Part shown: one piece after another, positions 7,925 to 16,193 of the stretch
Position numbering within the stretch: position 1 is the stretch's first letter
Layout of the letters: each line of letters opens with the position of its first letter
Source of the DNA: Meiothermus sp.
GTDB lineage: Bacteria > Deinococcota > Deinococci > Deinococcales > Thermaceae
Assembly (NCBI GenBank): GCA_033762915.1
Contig: JANRLD010000115.1
Span: 1-64,000, forward strand
Direction: 5' to 3'
Length of the DNA: 64,000 nt
The notes under the pieces: model-generated
What the model was told of the DNA's origin: nothing
The model's database searches: none
What the model saw: the letters and a program-made list of their open reading frames with translations, nothing else
Made by a program: the position numbers and the translations under genes

Positions 7925-9534
7925 CTCATGTCCTCCCGCTGGGCCAGCATCCCGGCCAGCTCGGAGAGCAGCCAGCCGGCCTCGACGACCTGCCGCAGCC
8001 GGCCGACCTCCAACTCCGGGAACAGCTCGATCAGGCGGCGGCGGAGATCCTCCGGGCTGCGGCTGGCCTCCACCTCGCGCAGGATCAGCTGCAGGGCCGG
8101 ACTGACAGCCTCCTGGCCCGCCGAAGTCGCGCCGCCTATCAGCTCGAGCACGAACTGCTGCCCGTTCATGACCCCGGGTGGGATGACCTCCTCCAGGCGC
8201 TCCAGGGCCGCCAGGCGGGTGTTGGCAGCGCGGGGGGTGGCCTGACCCCCTGGCGGGGGCTGCGGCGGGTTCTGGGCAGGCTTGGGCGGCGCCGGGGGGA
8301 GCAGCACGTCATCGTCGGTCTCGGGCTCGGGGACCGCGAACTTGCGGTGCGCCCAGCTCTTGGAGATCCGCATCCCGATGTCCTGCAGGTTCTTCAGCGT
8401 CTCGCTCTTGGCCTTCAGGTCTTCGGCCTCTTCGACCAGCCCCACCACGCGGGGGGCCAGCCGGGCCTTGTCGGTGCCGAAGTTGAACACCGTCCAGGCC
8501 AGCGCCAGGTCGCGGCTGAGGGTGGCGCCCAGTGCCAGCACGTCGGCCTCGAGCAGGTCGGTGCGGGTCTTCTGGTGGACGTTGCCCAGGGCGTTGGTGC
8601 CGTGCTTGCCCTCGCCGCTGGTGAGGGTCTGGCCCAGGACCGCCAGGGTCATCTCGCGGTTGGCCAGCTCGATCAGGCTGTCGAAAACCTCCGAGCTGTT
8701 GCCGCTGCGGGCGGTCTCGATGATCTCGATCTCGGTGTCCTTGCTGATGATCCCCGCCGCGTCGGTGCCGAGACCCCGTACGGCCCGCTCGAGCGCGTCC
8801 TTCTCGCCCTGGCCCGTGGCGGGGTCGTACTTGCCCAGGCGGTAGGGCTGCCCGTAGACCTCGGCGTAGACCACCCAGTCCTTGACCGAATAGTGTTTGA
8901 ACAGGTACCACCAGCAGTTGGTGCGCATCAGGCCCGCCCGCGTGGGCAGGCCCGAGCGGGCCTTGAAGCGGTGCTGGATGACCCGCCCGAACTCCGGCAG
9001 CATCCCGTTGGGCTGGTCCTGCGTCCGCACCTTGAAGCGCTTGAGGTCGAAGTCGTAGCGCAGGTGCTTGGCCTCGATCTGCTCGGTCTGGGCCGGCCAC
9101 CACAGCCCGTCGTCTCGCCGCCAGGCCATCCCCACCATGCCGACGCCCTGCCCTATCGCGTCGAGCAGCTCGAGCATTAGCCCGTTGGGGTTGAGCCGCT
9201 TCAAGGTCTCCTCGAAGGCCTCGGCGATCCGCTTGGCCTCGGCGCTGGAGTCGGCGGGCTCGACCTGCCACTCCACCCCGATGACCGCCAACTTGCGGTC
9301 CTGCAGCAGCTGGAACAGCTTGCCGTCGCGCTCCTCCATCTCGGCGAACAGCTCGGCCTGTAGCTCGAGGTCGCCGTCGTCGGCCTCCCGCAGGATGCGG
9401 GTAAGCCTCTCGGGGGTCAGGCGGCTGCCGGGGTAGCTGTAGAAGCGCTGCTGGAGCCCCACGACCGGGCTCGGGGCCTCGCTTTGGGGAGGCCGGGAGG
9501 AGATGGGGTTGCCCCACTGGTCGAGGATCGGCAT
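7921..9534 (-). CDS. Portal protein, Mu gp29/DUF935-like
   Basis: LTPERLTRILREADDGD, FAEMEERDG, EVYGQPYRLGKY, VLGQTLTS. Confidence 0.92.
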   Translation of the reverse strand: MPILDQWGNPISSRPPQSEAPSPVVGLQQRFYSYPGSRLTPERLTRILREADDGDLELQAELFAEMEERDGKLFQLLQDRKLAVIGVEWQVEPADSSAEAKRIAEAFEETLKRLNPNGLMLELLDAIGQGVGMVGMAWRRDDGLWWPAQTEQIEAKHLRYDFDLKRFKVRTQDQPNGMLPEFGRVIQHRFKARSGLPTRAGLMRTNCWWYLFKHYSVKDWVVYAEVYGQPYRLGKYDPATGQGEKDALERAVRGLGTDAAGIISKDTEIEIIETARSGNSSEVFDSLIELANREMTLAVLGQTLTSGEGKHGTNALGNVHQKTRTDLLEADVLALGATLSRDLALAWTVFNFGTDKARLAPRVVGLVEEAEDLKAKSETLKNLQDIGMRISKSWAHRKFAVPEPETDDDVLLPPAPPKPAQNPPQPPPGGQATPRAANTRLAALERLEEVIPPGVMNGQQFVLELIGGATSAGQEAVSPALQLILREVEASRSPEDLRRRLIELFPELEVGRLRQVVEAGWLLSELAGMLAQREDMR

Positions 9535-9536
9535 AA

Positions 9537-9600
9537 GAAAAGGCCCCCGCTCGGGTGAGCGGGGGCTAGGTTAGTAGGAGTATACGGCATTTCGGCGGGT
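9537..9600 (-). promoter_or_regulatory. Late promoter element copy B with hairpin
   Basis: CCCGCCGAAAtgccgTATACTcctacTAACCTAGCCCCCGCTCacccGAGCGGGGGCCTTTT directly before the portal ATG. Confidence 0.75.
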
Positions 9601-9607
9601 TGCGGGG

Positions 9608-10012
9608 TCAGGCCCGGGGGTTGGGGGGCGGCCCGGGGTCCTCGTCGCGCTCCGGCAGGTCGCCGGGCCAGATCTCCGCGAACTCCTGGGTCTGCGGTGT
9701 CGGCACCGGCTTGACGCCGTCCCCCATGCGCACCAACGGCACCCGCCACATGTCCTGCTCCAGGTGCGTGCGCACCTCGCTCGCCGGGAAGCACTCCCGC
9801 AGCGCGGCCGCCAGGTTCTCCACCGCCTTCGCGGGCAGCGCCACCGGCAGCTGGATCGTGGTGCGGCCCCCCACCAGGCTGAATCCGACCTGCAGCGTGG
9901 TCGGGACGCCCCACTCGAGGCACCACCGGGTGATCTCGGTGTCCGCCTGCTCGATCTCCTTCTGGCCAACTGCGGTGATGGTCACGAAGTGAGCGGCCTT
10001 GGGTATAATCAT
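9608..10012 (-). CDS. Hypothetical protein (moron-like)
   Basis: 134-aa ORF with plausible codon usage between terminase and portal. Confidence 0.55.
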   Translation of the reverse strand: MIIPKAAHFVTITAVGQKEIEQADTEITRWCLEWGVPTTLQVGFSLVGGRTTIQLPVALPAKAVENLAAALRECFPASEVRTHLEQDMWRVPLVRMGDGVKPVPTPQTQEFAEIWPGDLPERDEDPGPPPNPRA

Positions 10013-10097
10013 GAACTCAATTTATGTTATTGGCGTATTTCTCGCAAGCCGTGACGAATGCAACGCGGGTTCAACGCCAGGGTGTTAACCTTTGGTC

Positions 10098-10592
10098 ATG
10101 AACGCGGAGCTTAGTGGATTGACCGCAGTCCTGATGTTGGGCGGCCTCGTTGGATTCTGGTGGGGCGTCTTCCGCAAACGCGGGCAGAAGGCGCGCTGGG
10201 TCGTGCCCTCCCTGGTCGCCCTGCTGGCCAGCCCGTACTTCTCGCCCGCCTGGCAGGCGGAGCTGCGGGAGGAGGGCAGGCGGGCGGAGGCCGAAGCCGC
10301 GAGGGCCGCGACGCCGGCCCCCAAGCCCAAGCCCGCGCCGCCCGAGGTCAGCAGCGCCGAGGTCATCACCGCGTGCCAGAGACTCATTCAGGACAACCTC
10401 AAGGCCCCGCGCACCGCCAAGTTTCCGGGCTGGACGGAGTACCCCAAGGTCTGGAAGTACGGCACGGGCTACCGCGTGAGGTCGTGGGTGGACTCCCAGA
10501 ACTCTTTCGGGGCGATGGTCCGCACAGACTACCTGTGCGAGTACGACCTGAAGACCCGCGTGGTCACCATCCTCGAGGCCAACACCCGCTGA
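10098..10592 (+). CDS. Membrane-anchored moron protein, leaderless
   Basis: Opposite strand to the late genes; two N-terminal hydrophobic segments; LKAPRTAKF...VDSQNSFGAMVR domain; TAACCT-N6-ATG. Confidence 0.75.
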   Translation: MNAELSGLTAVLMLGGLVGFWWGVFRKRGQKARWVVPSLVALLASPYFSPAWQAELREEGRRAEAEAARAATPAPKPKPAPPEVSSAEVITACQRLIQDNLKAPRTAKFPGWTEYPKVWKYGTGYRVRSWVDSQNSFGAMVRTDYLCEYDLKTRVVTILEANTR

Positions 10593-10598
10593 GTTCAC

Positions 10599-10617
10599 CC
10601 ACGCTATTTGTCGCAAA
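10599..10617 (+). repeat. Internal copy of phage-end 19-mer
   Basis: CCACGCTATTTGTCGCAAA, exact reverse complement of end site 35124-35142. Confidence 0.85.
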
Positions 10618-10622
10618 GCGGA

Positions 10623-10645
10623 AGGGGGGCCTGGTGGCCCCCCTC
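10623..10645. terminator. Hairpin between convergent moron and terminase units
   Basis: GGGGGCC-tggt-GGCCCCC stem. Confidence 0.5.
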
Positions 10646-10888
10646 TGTTCTCAGTCAGTATGGCCGCTTCCCTGCGGCCGTCACGGCGTGCAGCCCACGC
10701 CGTACGGCGGAGGTCGGTCTCGAGCGTAGGGTAACCGCACCGTTGTGGCGCAGCTCGGGGCGCCGCGTGCGGCCGGGGTTCCTGGCCCCCACCCGGCCCA
10801 CGTCGCTGCGGGCCAGTCGTTTGTCGGGTGGGGCGTGTGCCAGTGCCAGGGAGTGGGGAACATGGCTGCTCCTGAATTGTACACGTGA

Positions 10889-12307
10889 TCAGAAGATCAG
10901 GCCTCGGTCGCCGCCGAATCGCCCGGTTACCACGGTGGTGTATTCCGTCGGGCCCAGGGGCAACTTGTAGGCCCTCCGGCTCAGGGCGAGCGCCCAGTAG
11001 CGGTCCGCGTGGCCCTGCTTGGTGCGCTCGCCCATGAAGTAGACCCGATCGCCGACGACCTTTTTCTTGATCTGGCGGATATCGGCCTTGATAACCTCGC
11101 TGCTGGGCATCCGTATCTGCCCGTCCTCGAGGCTGTTCTTCAGGTCAACGCTCATGTCCTGCTTGATGTCCTGGGTGTAGTGGACCCCCTCGACGCGCCA
11201 CTCCCCGAAGTCGGCCGCAGCGTCCTCGGCGAGCTGCGCCCCGATGCCGGTGCGGTCGATGGCGCAAGCCCGTATCTGCCGGTGGGCCAGCAGCCGCGAC
11301 AGGTGGGCGTATTGATGGCGGAAGCGCATCTTATGCAGCTCCAGCACCATGCGGGTGACCAGCCGCGTGCCGACCTCCTCCAGCAGCCACATCACCGTGA
11401 TGTCGCGGTAGCGGCCGATGTCCACTCCTAAGAAGTGCCGCCCCCCGCCCAGCTCGAGCTGCCACTCGTCGGCCGAGTACTGCTCGTGCGGGATGTGATT
11501 GACGCTCTTGCCCTCAATCACCACCGGCTTGGGTAGCTGGGGGTCCTCGGCCGAGTCCAGCAGGCCGTTAGGAATCCACACCTCGGTGCCGTCCTGCTCT
11601 TGACACATGTACTCCTCGAGGTACGCCTCCTCGTCCAGTACGGTCTCGCGGCACTCGGCGAGGAAGTTCTGGATCTCCTCGTCAGTGGCCGGCCTGTCCA
11701 GCTTGAGGATGCGCTCCAAAAGCCCGTCCGCTATGGCCTCCTCGATATTGACCTCGTGGTAGCTCCAGCGGCTGCCCGCCTTCTTTGCGGCCTCGCACAT
11801 GCGGTAGAAGCGGTTCTGGCGGCCCTTGGGCGAGGAAAAAATCCGGATCGGGTAGCCCCAGGTGATGGTCGGTCCGGCGGCCTGCATCAGCGCATCCTGG
11901 TCCTCGTGGAGGGCGAACTCGTCAAGCACCACTTTTCCGCCCTTAGACCTGAACGCTTTAGGGTTGGAAGACAGCGCGTAGCAGCGCTTTCCGGTGGCGA
12001 ACTCGATGGTCAAGGCCTTGATGTCGTCGGCCTCGCTGATCACCACCTCGCCCAGGTACTCGGCTGCCTTGTTGTAGAGCTTGGCCCACATCTCGACGTA
12101 GCGGATGTACTCCCTGGCGGCGCTCAGGTCGGCCGAGCTGAACCACACGTCCATCGCGTCCTTGGCGCGGGCCGCGTCGAGCATGTCCTCGTACGCCTGG
12201 ACGTACGTCCAGCCGATGCGTCGGCTCTTCTTGGCGATCTTCATGCGCGACTGGTCGCGCAGCCACGCCTGCTGGTAGCCCATGAAATAGGGCCTCTTGC
12301 GGCTCAT
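10889..12307 (-). CDS. terL: Terminase large subunit (Mu gp28-like)
   Basis: KSRRIGWT Walker A, VVLDEFA Walker B, GVDIGR, IDRTGIG, HADRYWALAL; start ATG 12307. Confidence 0.93.
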   Translation of the reverse strand: MSRKRPYFMGYQQAWLRDQSRMKIAKKSRRIGWTYVQAYEDMLDAARAKDAMDVWFSSADLSAAREYIRYVEMWAKLYNKAAEYLGEVVISEADDIKALTIEFATGKRCYALSSNPKAFRSKGGKVVLDEFALHEDQDALMQAAGPTITWGYPIRIFSSPKGRQNRFYRMCEAAKKAGSRWSYHEVNIEEAIADGLLERILKLDRPATDEEIQNFLAECRETVLDEEAYLEEYMCQEQDGTEVWIPNGLLDSAEDPQLPKPVVIEGKSVNHIPHEQYSADEWQLELGGGRHFLGVDIGRYRDITVMWLLEEVGTRLVTRMVLELHKMRFRHQYAHLSRLLAHRQIRACAIDRTGIGAQLAEDAAADFGEWRVEGVHYTQDIKQDMSVDLKNSLEDGQIRMPSSEVIKADIRQIKKKVVGDRVYFMGERTKQGHADRYWALALSRRAYKLPLGPTEYTTVVTGRFGGDRGLIF

Positions 12308-12846
12308 CGTACGAACCCCAGCACCTCGCGCTCGATCTCGGCTATGGCCTCGGCGGAGAGGCCCCTCTTGCGCAGGCCGTCCGAGACCTTCTCGGCGGTC
12401 TCCTTGGTGAAGACCCGCTCGGCCTTCTCGAGCTGCAAGCTGGCCTGCACCGCCTTGACCCCGGTCTCCAGCAGCTTGGCGACCTGCTTGGGGTCCACTT
12501 CCTTGGCGTCGAAGTCCTCGAGGTAGCGCAAGAGTTTGTGTATCAGCACGTTGGTGAAAGCCACCTGCAGGCTCATTTGCTTGCCGGTGCTCTTGCTGAT
12601 GGCCTCCATCACCTGCTGGGCCTCGAGCGCCGCCCCCAGGGCGGGCATGAGGTGGTTGGTACGGTGGCGCGACAGCCCGCCGGCGCTGAGCTGCTCCCCC
12701 TTGTCGGCGGCCCACTCCACGATGTCCTCGACGCGGTAGGGCATCCCGTCCGGGCGCCGGGTCTCGCCCAGCAGCATGGCGTCCACCTGCTCGCGCAGCG
12801 GCGAGAGGCAGACCTTGCAGCGGGTGGACTGTACGTATAGGGCCAC
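12304..12846 (-). CDS. Putative terminase small subunit
   Basis: CKVC plus HTH-like N-terminus, GLSAEAIAEIEREVLG C-terminus like Mu gp27; coupled to terL. Confidence 0.75.
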   Translation of the reverse strand: MALYVQSTRCKVCLSPLREQVDAMLLGETRRPDGMPYRVEDIVEWAADKGEQLSAGGLSRHRTNHLMPALGAALEAQQVMEAISKSTGKQMSLQVAFTNVLIHKLLRYLEDFDAKEVDPKQVAKLLETGVKAVQASLQLEKAERVFTKETAEKVSDGLRKRGLSAEAIAEIEREVLGFVR

Positions 12847-12853
12847 GGGGCTC

Positions 12854-13051
12854 CTAGTGGGGCAGGACCCAGCCCACCACCATCGCCACGGCCATCAGGC
12901 CGTACAGCCGCCAGCCGGGGCGGCGCTGGTGCTGGGTGATTAGCTGCTCGAGGGCCTCGAAGCGGTCCTCGATTTTCTTGGTGTTGGCCTGGGCTGCCAG
13001 CCGCAGTGCGGTCAGCTCCTCGCGGATCGCCCGGGCGTCCTCCGGCGTCAC
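12854..13051 (-). CDS. Small coiled-coil protein with C-terminal TM helix
   Basis: GTG 13051 overlaps the upstream stop. Confidence 0.55.
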   Translation of the reverse strand: MTPEDARAIREELTALRLAAQANTKKIEDRFEALEQLITQHQRRPGWRLYGLMAVAMVVGWVLPH

Positions 13052-13401
13052 TTCGACCTCCGCAGGAGGGTCACGCCCACGTCGGCCAGGTCGCCGTTGC
13101 ACAAGTCGACGCCCTTGGCGGTGATCTCGGCCCAGTCGAACCCGCCCCTGCCGTCGTTGCTCCACTGCACGGCCAGGTACTCCTTGCCCGGCGCCGACAG
13201 GTAGCGCACGACGCCCTCGAGTTCGTCGTCGTTGGGGAGCTGATGCAGCCCCTCGAGGGTGAGCTTGAGCGACCGCTCCGGCAGCCTCCAGGGGTTGTCG
13301 GGGTACAGGGGCTTGTCGTCCTGCCCCATCGCGAACAGGAACAGCGCGTACAGCACTTCGCCCCGAAGGATTTTTATGCGGTTGGCTCCTAGCTTGGACA
13401 T
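13048..13401 (-). CDS. Mu gp26-like winged-helix protein
   Basis: EITAKGVDLCNG C-terminal motif and position before terS; RBS GAGGAG. Confidence 0.6.
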   Translation of the reverse strand: MSKLGANRIKILRGEVLYALFLFAMGQDDKPLYPDNPWRLPERSLKLTLEGLHQLPNDDELEGVVRYLSAPGKEYLAVQWSNDGRGGFDWAEITAKGVDLCNGDLADVGVTLLRRSK

Positions 13402-13408
13402 GGTCTCC

Positions 13409-13657
13409 TCACGGGGTGGGAATTGCCGGGATCTTAACCCCCAGCAGCGCGGCAACGATGCCCACCACAATCAGCGCGGTCTTCCAGAACTCGGCGCTGT
13501 AGTACCAGGGCTGGCGGCGCTGGGGCACCATCTGCAGAATCTTTATGGCCGCCAACTTCTCGCGCATGCGCCTGATCGCCCCCTCGCGCTCGGGCGCGGC
13601 CTGTTCCGCCAGCTCGTCCAGCAAGTCCTCGAGTAGTGAGCGTTCCAGGTCATTCAT
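13409..13657 (-). CDS. Small membrane protein, first gene of the left late operon
   Basis: C-terminal TM helix ALIVVGIVAALLGV. Confidence 0.55.
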   Translation of the reverse strand: MNDLERSLLEDLLDELAEQAAPEREGAIRRMREKLAAIKILQMVPQRRQPWYYSAEFWKTALIVVGIVAALLGVKIPAIPTP

Positions 13658-13670
13658 CTCGCCCCAAGTC

Positions 13671-13731
13671 AAAGCCCCCGCTCGGGTGAGCAGGGGCTAG
13701 GTTATGCGAATAGTACAACATTTCGGCGGGT
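13671..13731 (-). promoter_or_regulatory. Late promoter element copy C with hairpin
   Basis: CCCGCCGAAAtgttgTACTATtcgcaTAACCTAGCCCCTGCTCacccGAGCGGGGGCTTT. Confidence 0.75.
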
Positions 13732-13740
13732 GCGAGGTGA

Positions 13741-13759
13741 TTTGTGACAAATAGCGTGG
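13741..13759 (+). repeat. Internal copy of phage-end 19-mer
   Basis: TTTGTGACAAATAGCGTGG, one mismatch to the end site. Confidence 0.8.
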
Positions 13760-13760
13760 G

Positions 13761-14150
13761 TTAACTCCCCGCCGCCACCTCGCGCTCCGCCTCGCCCAGC
13801 TCGCGCTTAGCCTCGCGCACAAGGCCGCCGAGCAGCAGCGCCACGTCGCGCAGGGCGGGGCTCACCTCGAGGTCGCCCCTGGCCCGCCAGACCCGGCGGT
13901 ATCGCACCGCCTCGGTGGCGGCCTGAAGTTCCTCGCGCTGGAACGGGCTCAGATCTGCGACCATGTGCTCGAGGTCCTTGCTCCAGATGCGGCCCAGGTA
14001 CTGCCCGGCCGGGGTGTACACATCGACGTAGCTGGGCCGGTGTGGGTTGTGGCCGCCCAGAACCCGCACCCAGTTGGTACGGCGCTGGGCCAGCCGCCAC
14101 GTCGCGTACAGCGCGGCGTCGGCCCGGACCTGTTCCGCCGAGAGGCTCAC
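13761..14150 (-). CDS. Last early gene; candidate late regulator
   Basis: Position only; no recognised family. Confidence 0.55.
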   Translation of the reverse strand: MSLSAEQVRADAALYATWRLAQRRTNWVRVLGGHNPHRPSYVDVYTPAGQYLGRIWSKDLEHMVADLSPFQREELQAATEAVRYRRVWRARGDLEVSPALRDVALLLGGLVREAKRELGEAEREVAAGS

Positions 14151-14963
14151 GCCGGACCCGCCTTCCGCTCCTCGTGCCAGCGGTTCACGAACAGGAGGCG
14201 CTCGAGCTTCCTAGTCCGCAGGCAGTCCTTGGTCACCTGATCCACGAGCTGATCCACGGTGATCCGGCCCGACTGGTGCTGGTGGACCGCGGCCGCGATG
14301 TTATGGGCCAGCACCTTGCGCCAAAGCGGGTCGGGCAGGGAGCCCTTGGGCGGGACGGGCAGGGGCTCCAGGCCGTACCGTTCCGCGAACTTGTTCCACT
14401 TGGACCGGTTCAGGCGCTTTACCTTGGCCTTCACGGGCGCCCCCAGTCCGACCCGGCGGGCCGGTAGACCTCGACGCACCAGCCCCGGTCCGCGTACCGC
14501 TCGCCGCAGACCCGCCAGACCTCGAGCGTGCCGCGCACCCCGATCAGGTGCGCCGAGTCCGGTATGCGGTTGGCCGCCCAGTGTTCCAGCCACATGCCGG
14601 CAAGCACGAAGCCCAGGAGGCCCAGGATCAGGGCGACCAGCGCGGCCCGCCTCACGCCCACCCCCGGCGGACCAGCGCGGCGGTGTGCCGGATGGCCCGG
14701 GCCAGTTCGCGGGCCTGGGCGGGCTCCAGGGCCAGGTCGTACCAGACCGGGGCCCCGTGGTCGGCGGCGGCCTCCAGCAGGGCCGGGGCATTGGCGGCCT
14801 GGCCGGGCTCCAGCAGCCACTCGTCGGACTGCTCCCCCAGGACCACCAGGGCCACCCTGACCCGGCCCTGGCAGGGCCTGACCAGCAGCTCCCCGCACGT
14901 CACGCCCGCCTCGTCGTCCAGGGCGATGGCGATGGGGCCGGGCTCCTTGGTTAGGCTAATCAT
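14147..14963 (-). other. Three small coupled hypothetical genes (14147-14434, 14431-14655 membrane, 14652-14963)
   Basis: Overlapping start/stop codons. Confidence 0.55.
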
Positions 14964-15678
14964 CGGCCCTCCCCCGGACGCGCACGTAGGCCACGCCGTC
15001 CCGCCCGACCAGCCCCAGTTCGATGAGGTTGCCGAGCATGCGGACCACGGTGGTCTTGGGGATCGCGGTGAGGCGGGCCAGCTCGCTCAGCCCGACCGGC
15101 CGGTCCGAGAGCTGGGCCAGCAGTTGCTCGGCCCGGGGCTCCAGCTCCGGCGCGGACTGGGCCGGGGCGGACTGCTGGACCACCGTGGTCACGTTGATGG
15201 TCTGGGTCGGTACGCTGTTCGGAACGGGCTGGACTGTCGGAGCACCCGGCTGTTCCGCCTGGACGGGGGCGGGCCGGTCGGCGGCGGGCTGGGCTGGACT
15301 GCCGGACCACCGCAGCAGCTCGCCGATGGCTTTGCCGGCCACCAGCGGGCCGAGGGCGAACATGGACTGGAGTAGCACCTCCCACAGCGCCAGGTCGGCC
15401 ACCCGGTTCATTGCCAGCAAGTTGCCCGCCCAGACCAGCCCGAGGAAGAACAGCCCGCCCCAGAAGGACCAGCGAAGGCGGGGCTCGAGGGTCGAGGCCA
15501 GCGAGAGGGTGAAGGCCAGCAGCTCCAGGCCCACCGCCAGGCCGAGGCTGAACCAGACCGGGAGGCCGCCCCGGGTCAGGTCGAACCAGGCCGCCAGGTG
15601 CCCGGCGCTCATCACCAGCGTGCCGAGGTAGGCCAGCCCAAGGGCGGCGACCAGCGTGTGGCGAATCTGCGGGCTCAC
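14956..15678 (-). CDS. Multi-TM protein with C-terminal HTH
   Basis: About four hydrophobic segments, Pro/Gln linker, GLSELARLTAIPKTTVVRMLGNLIELGLV; GTG 15678. Confidence 0.7.
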   Translation of the reverse strand: MSPQIRHTLVAALGLAYLGTLVMSAGHLAAWFDLTRGGLPVWFSLGLAVGLELLAFTLSLASTLEPRLRWSFWGGLFFLGLVWAGNLLAMNRVADLALWEVLLQSMFALGPLVAGKAIGELLRWSGSPAQPAADRPAPVQAEQPGAPTVQPVPNSVPTQTINVTTVVQQSAPAQSAPELEPRAEQLLAQLSDRPVGLSELARLTAIPKTTVVRMLGNLIELGLVGRDGVAYVRVRGRADD

Positions 15679-16193
15679 CGGGCACCCCCCGCGCAGGGCA
15701 GCTGCTCCCAGATCAGCGTGGACTCGAGTGCCGGGCTGCGGTCCGGTGCGACGGAGAAGAGGGCCTGCCAGGGCTCGTTGCGGTGGTAGGCGTAGGCGCA
15801 GCGGTCGTAGCCGAACAGGGCGCGGTACTCCCCTGCGGGCAGCCGCACGGTGACGGTGGGCCTGGCCTCGGTCATCGGCCCGACGAACCCGACGCCCAGG
15901 CCCTCCACGTACGTATACGCCGGGCGCCAAGAGCCGTCCGGCTGCCGCCACATCAGGAAGTAGTAGACCGAGGGGGTCTTGTAGGAATACCACTGGGGCA
16001 GCATCCGGGCGGTGAAGGTGGCGCTTCCCCACTCGACGGCCGGGGGCGGGGGCGGGGCGGGAGTCACCGGGTCGGGCGGGGCCGGGATCGGGATGACCAG
16101 GGGCGGAGGGGCCTGGGGGGGCAGGGCGGAGGGCTGGGGCTGCGCCGCACAGCCCAGCAGCCCCGCCAGCAGGGTCAGGGTCAGGAGTCTCAT
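15675..16193 (-). CDS. Lipoprotein
   Basis: MRLLTLTLLAGLLGC lipobox, Pro-rich linker. Confidence 0.7.
   Translation of the reverse strand: MRLLTLTLLAGLLGCAAQPQPSALPPQAPPPLVIPIPAPPDPVTPAPPPPPAVEWGSATFTARMLPQWYSYKTPSVYYFLMWRQPDGSWRPAYTYVEGLGVGFVGPMTEARPTVTVRLPAGEYRALFGYDRCAYAYHRNEPWQALFSVAPDRSPALESTLIWEQLPCAGGAR

Noticed and set aside
10681..10863. 60-aa ORF with AGGAG RBS downstream of terL
   Set aside because: Odd composition and no recognisable motif; cannot be supported as a gene
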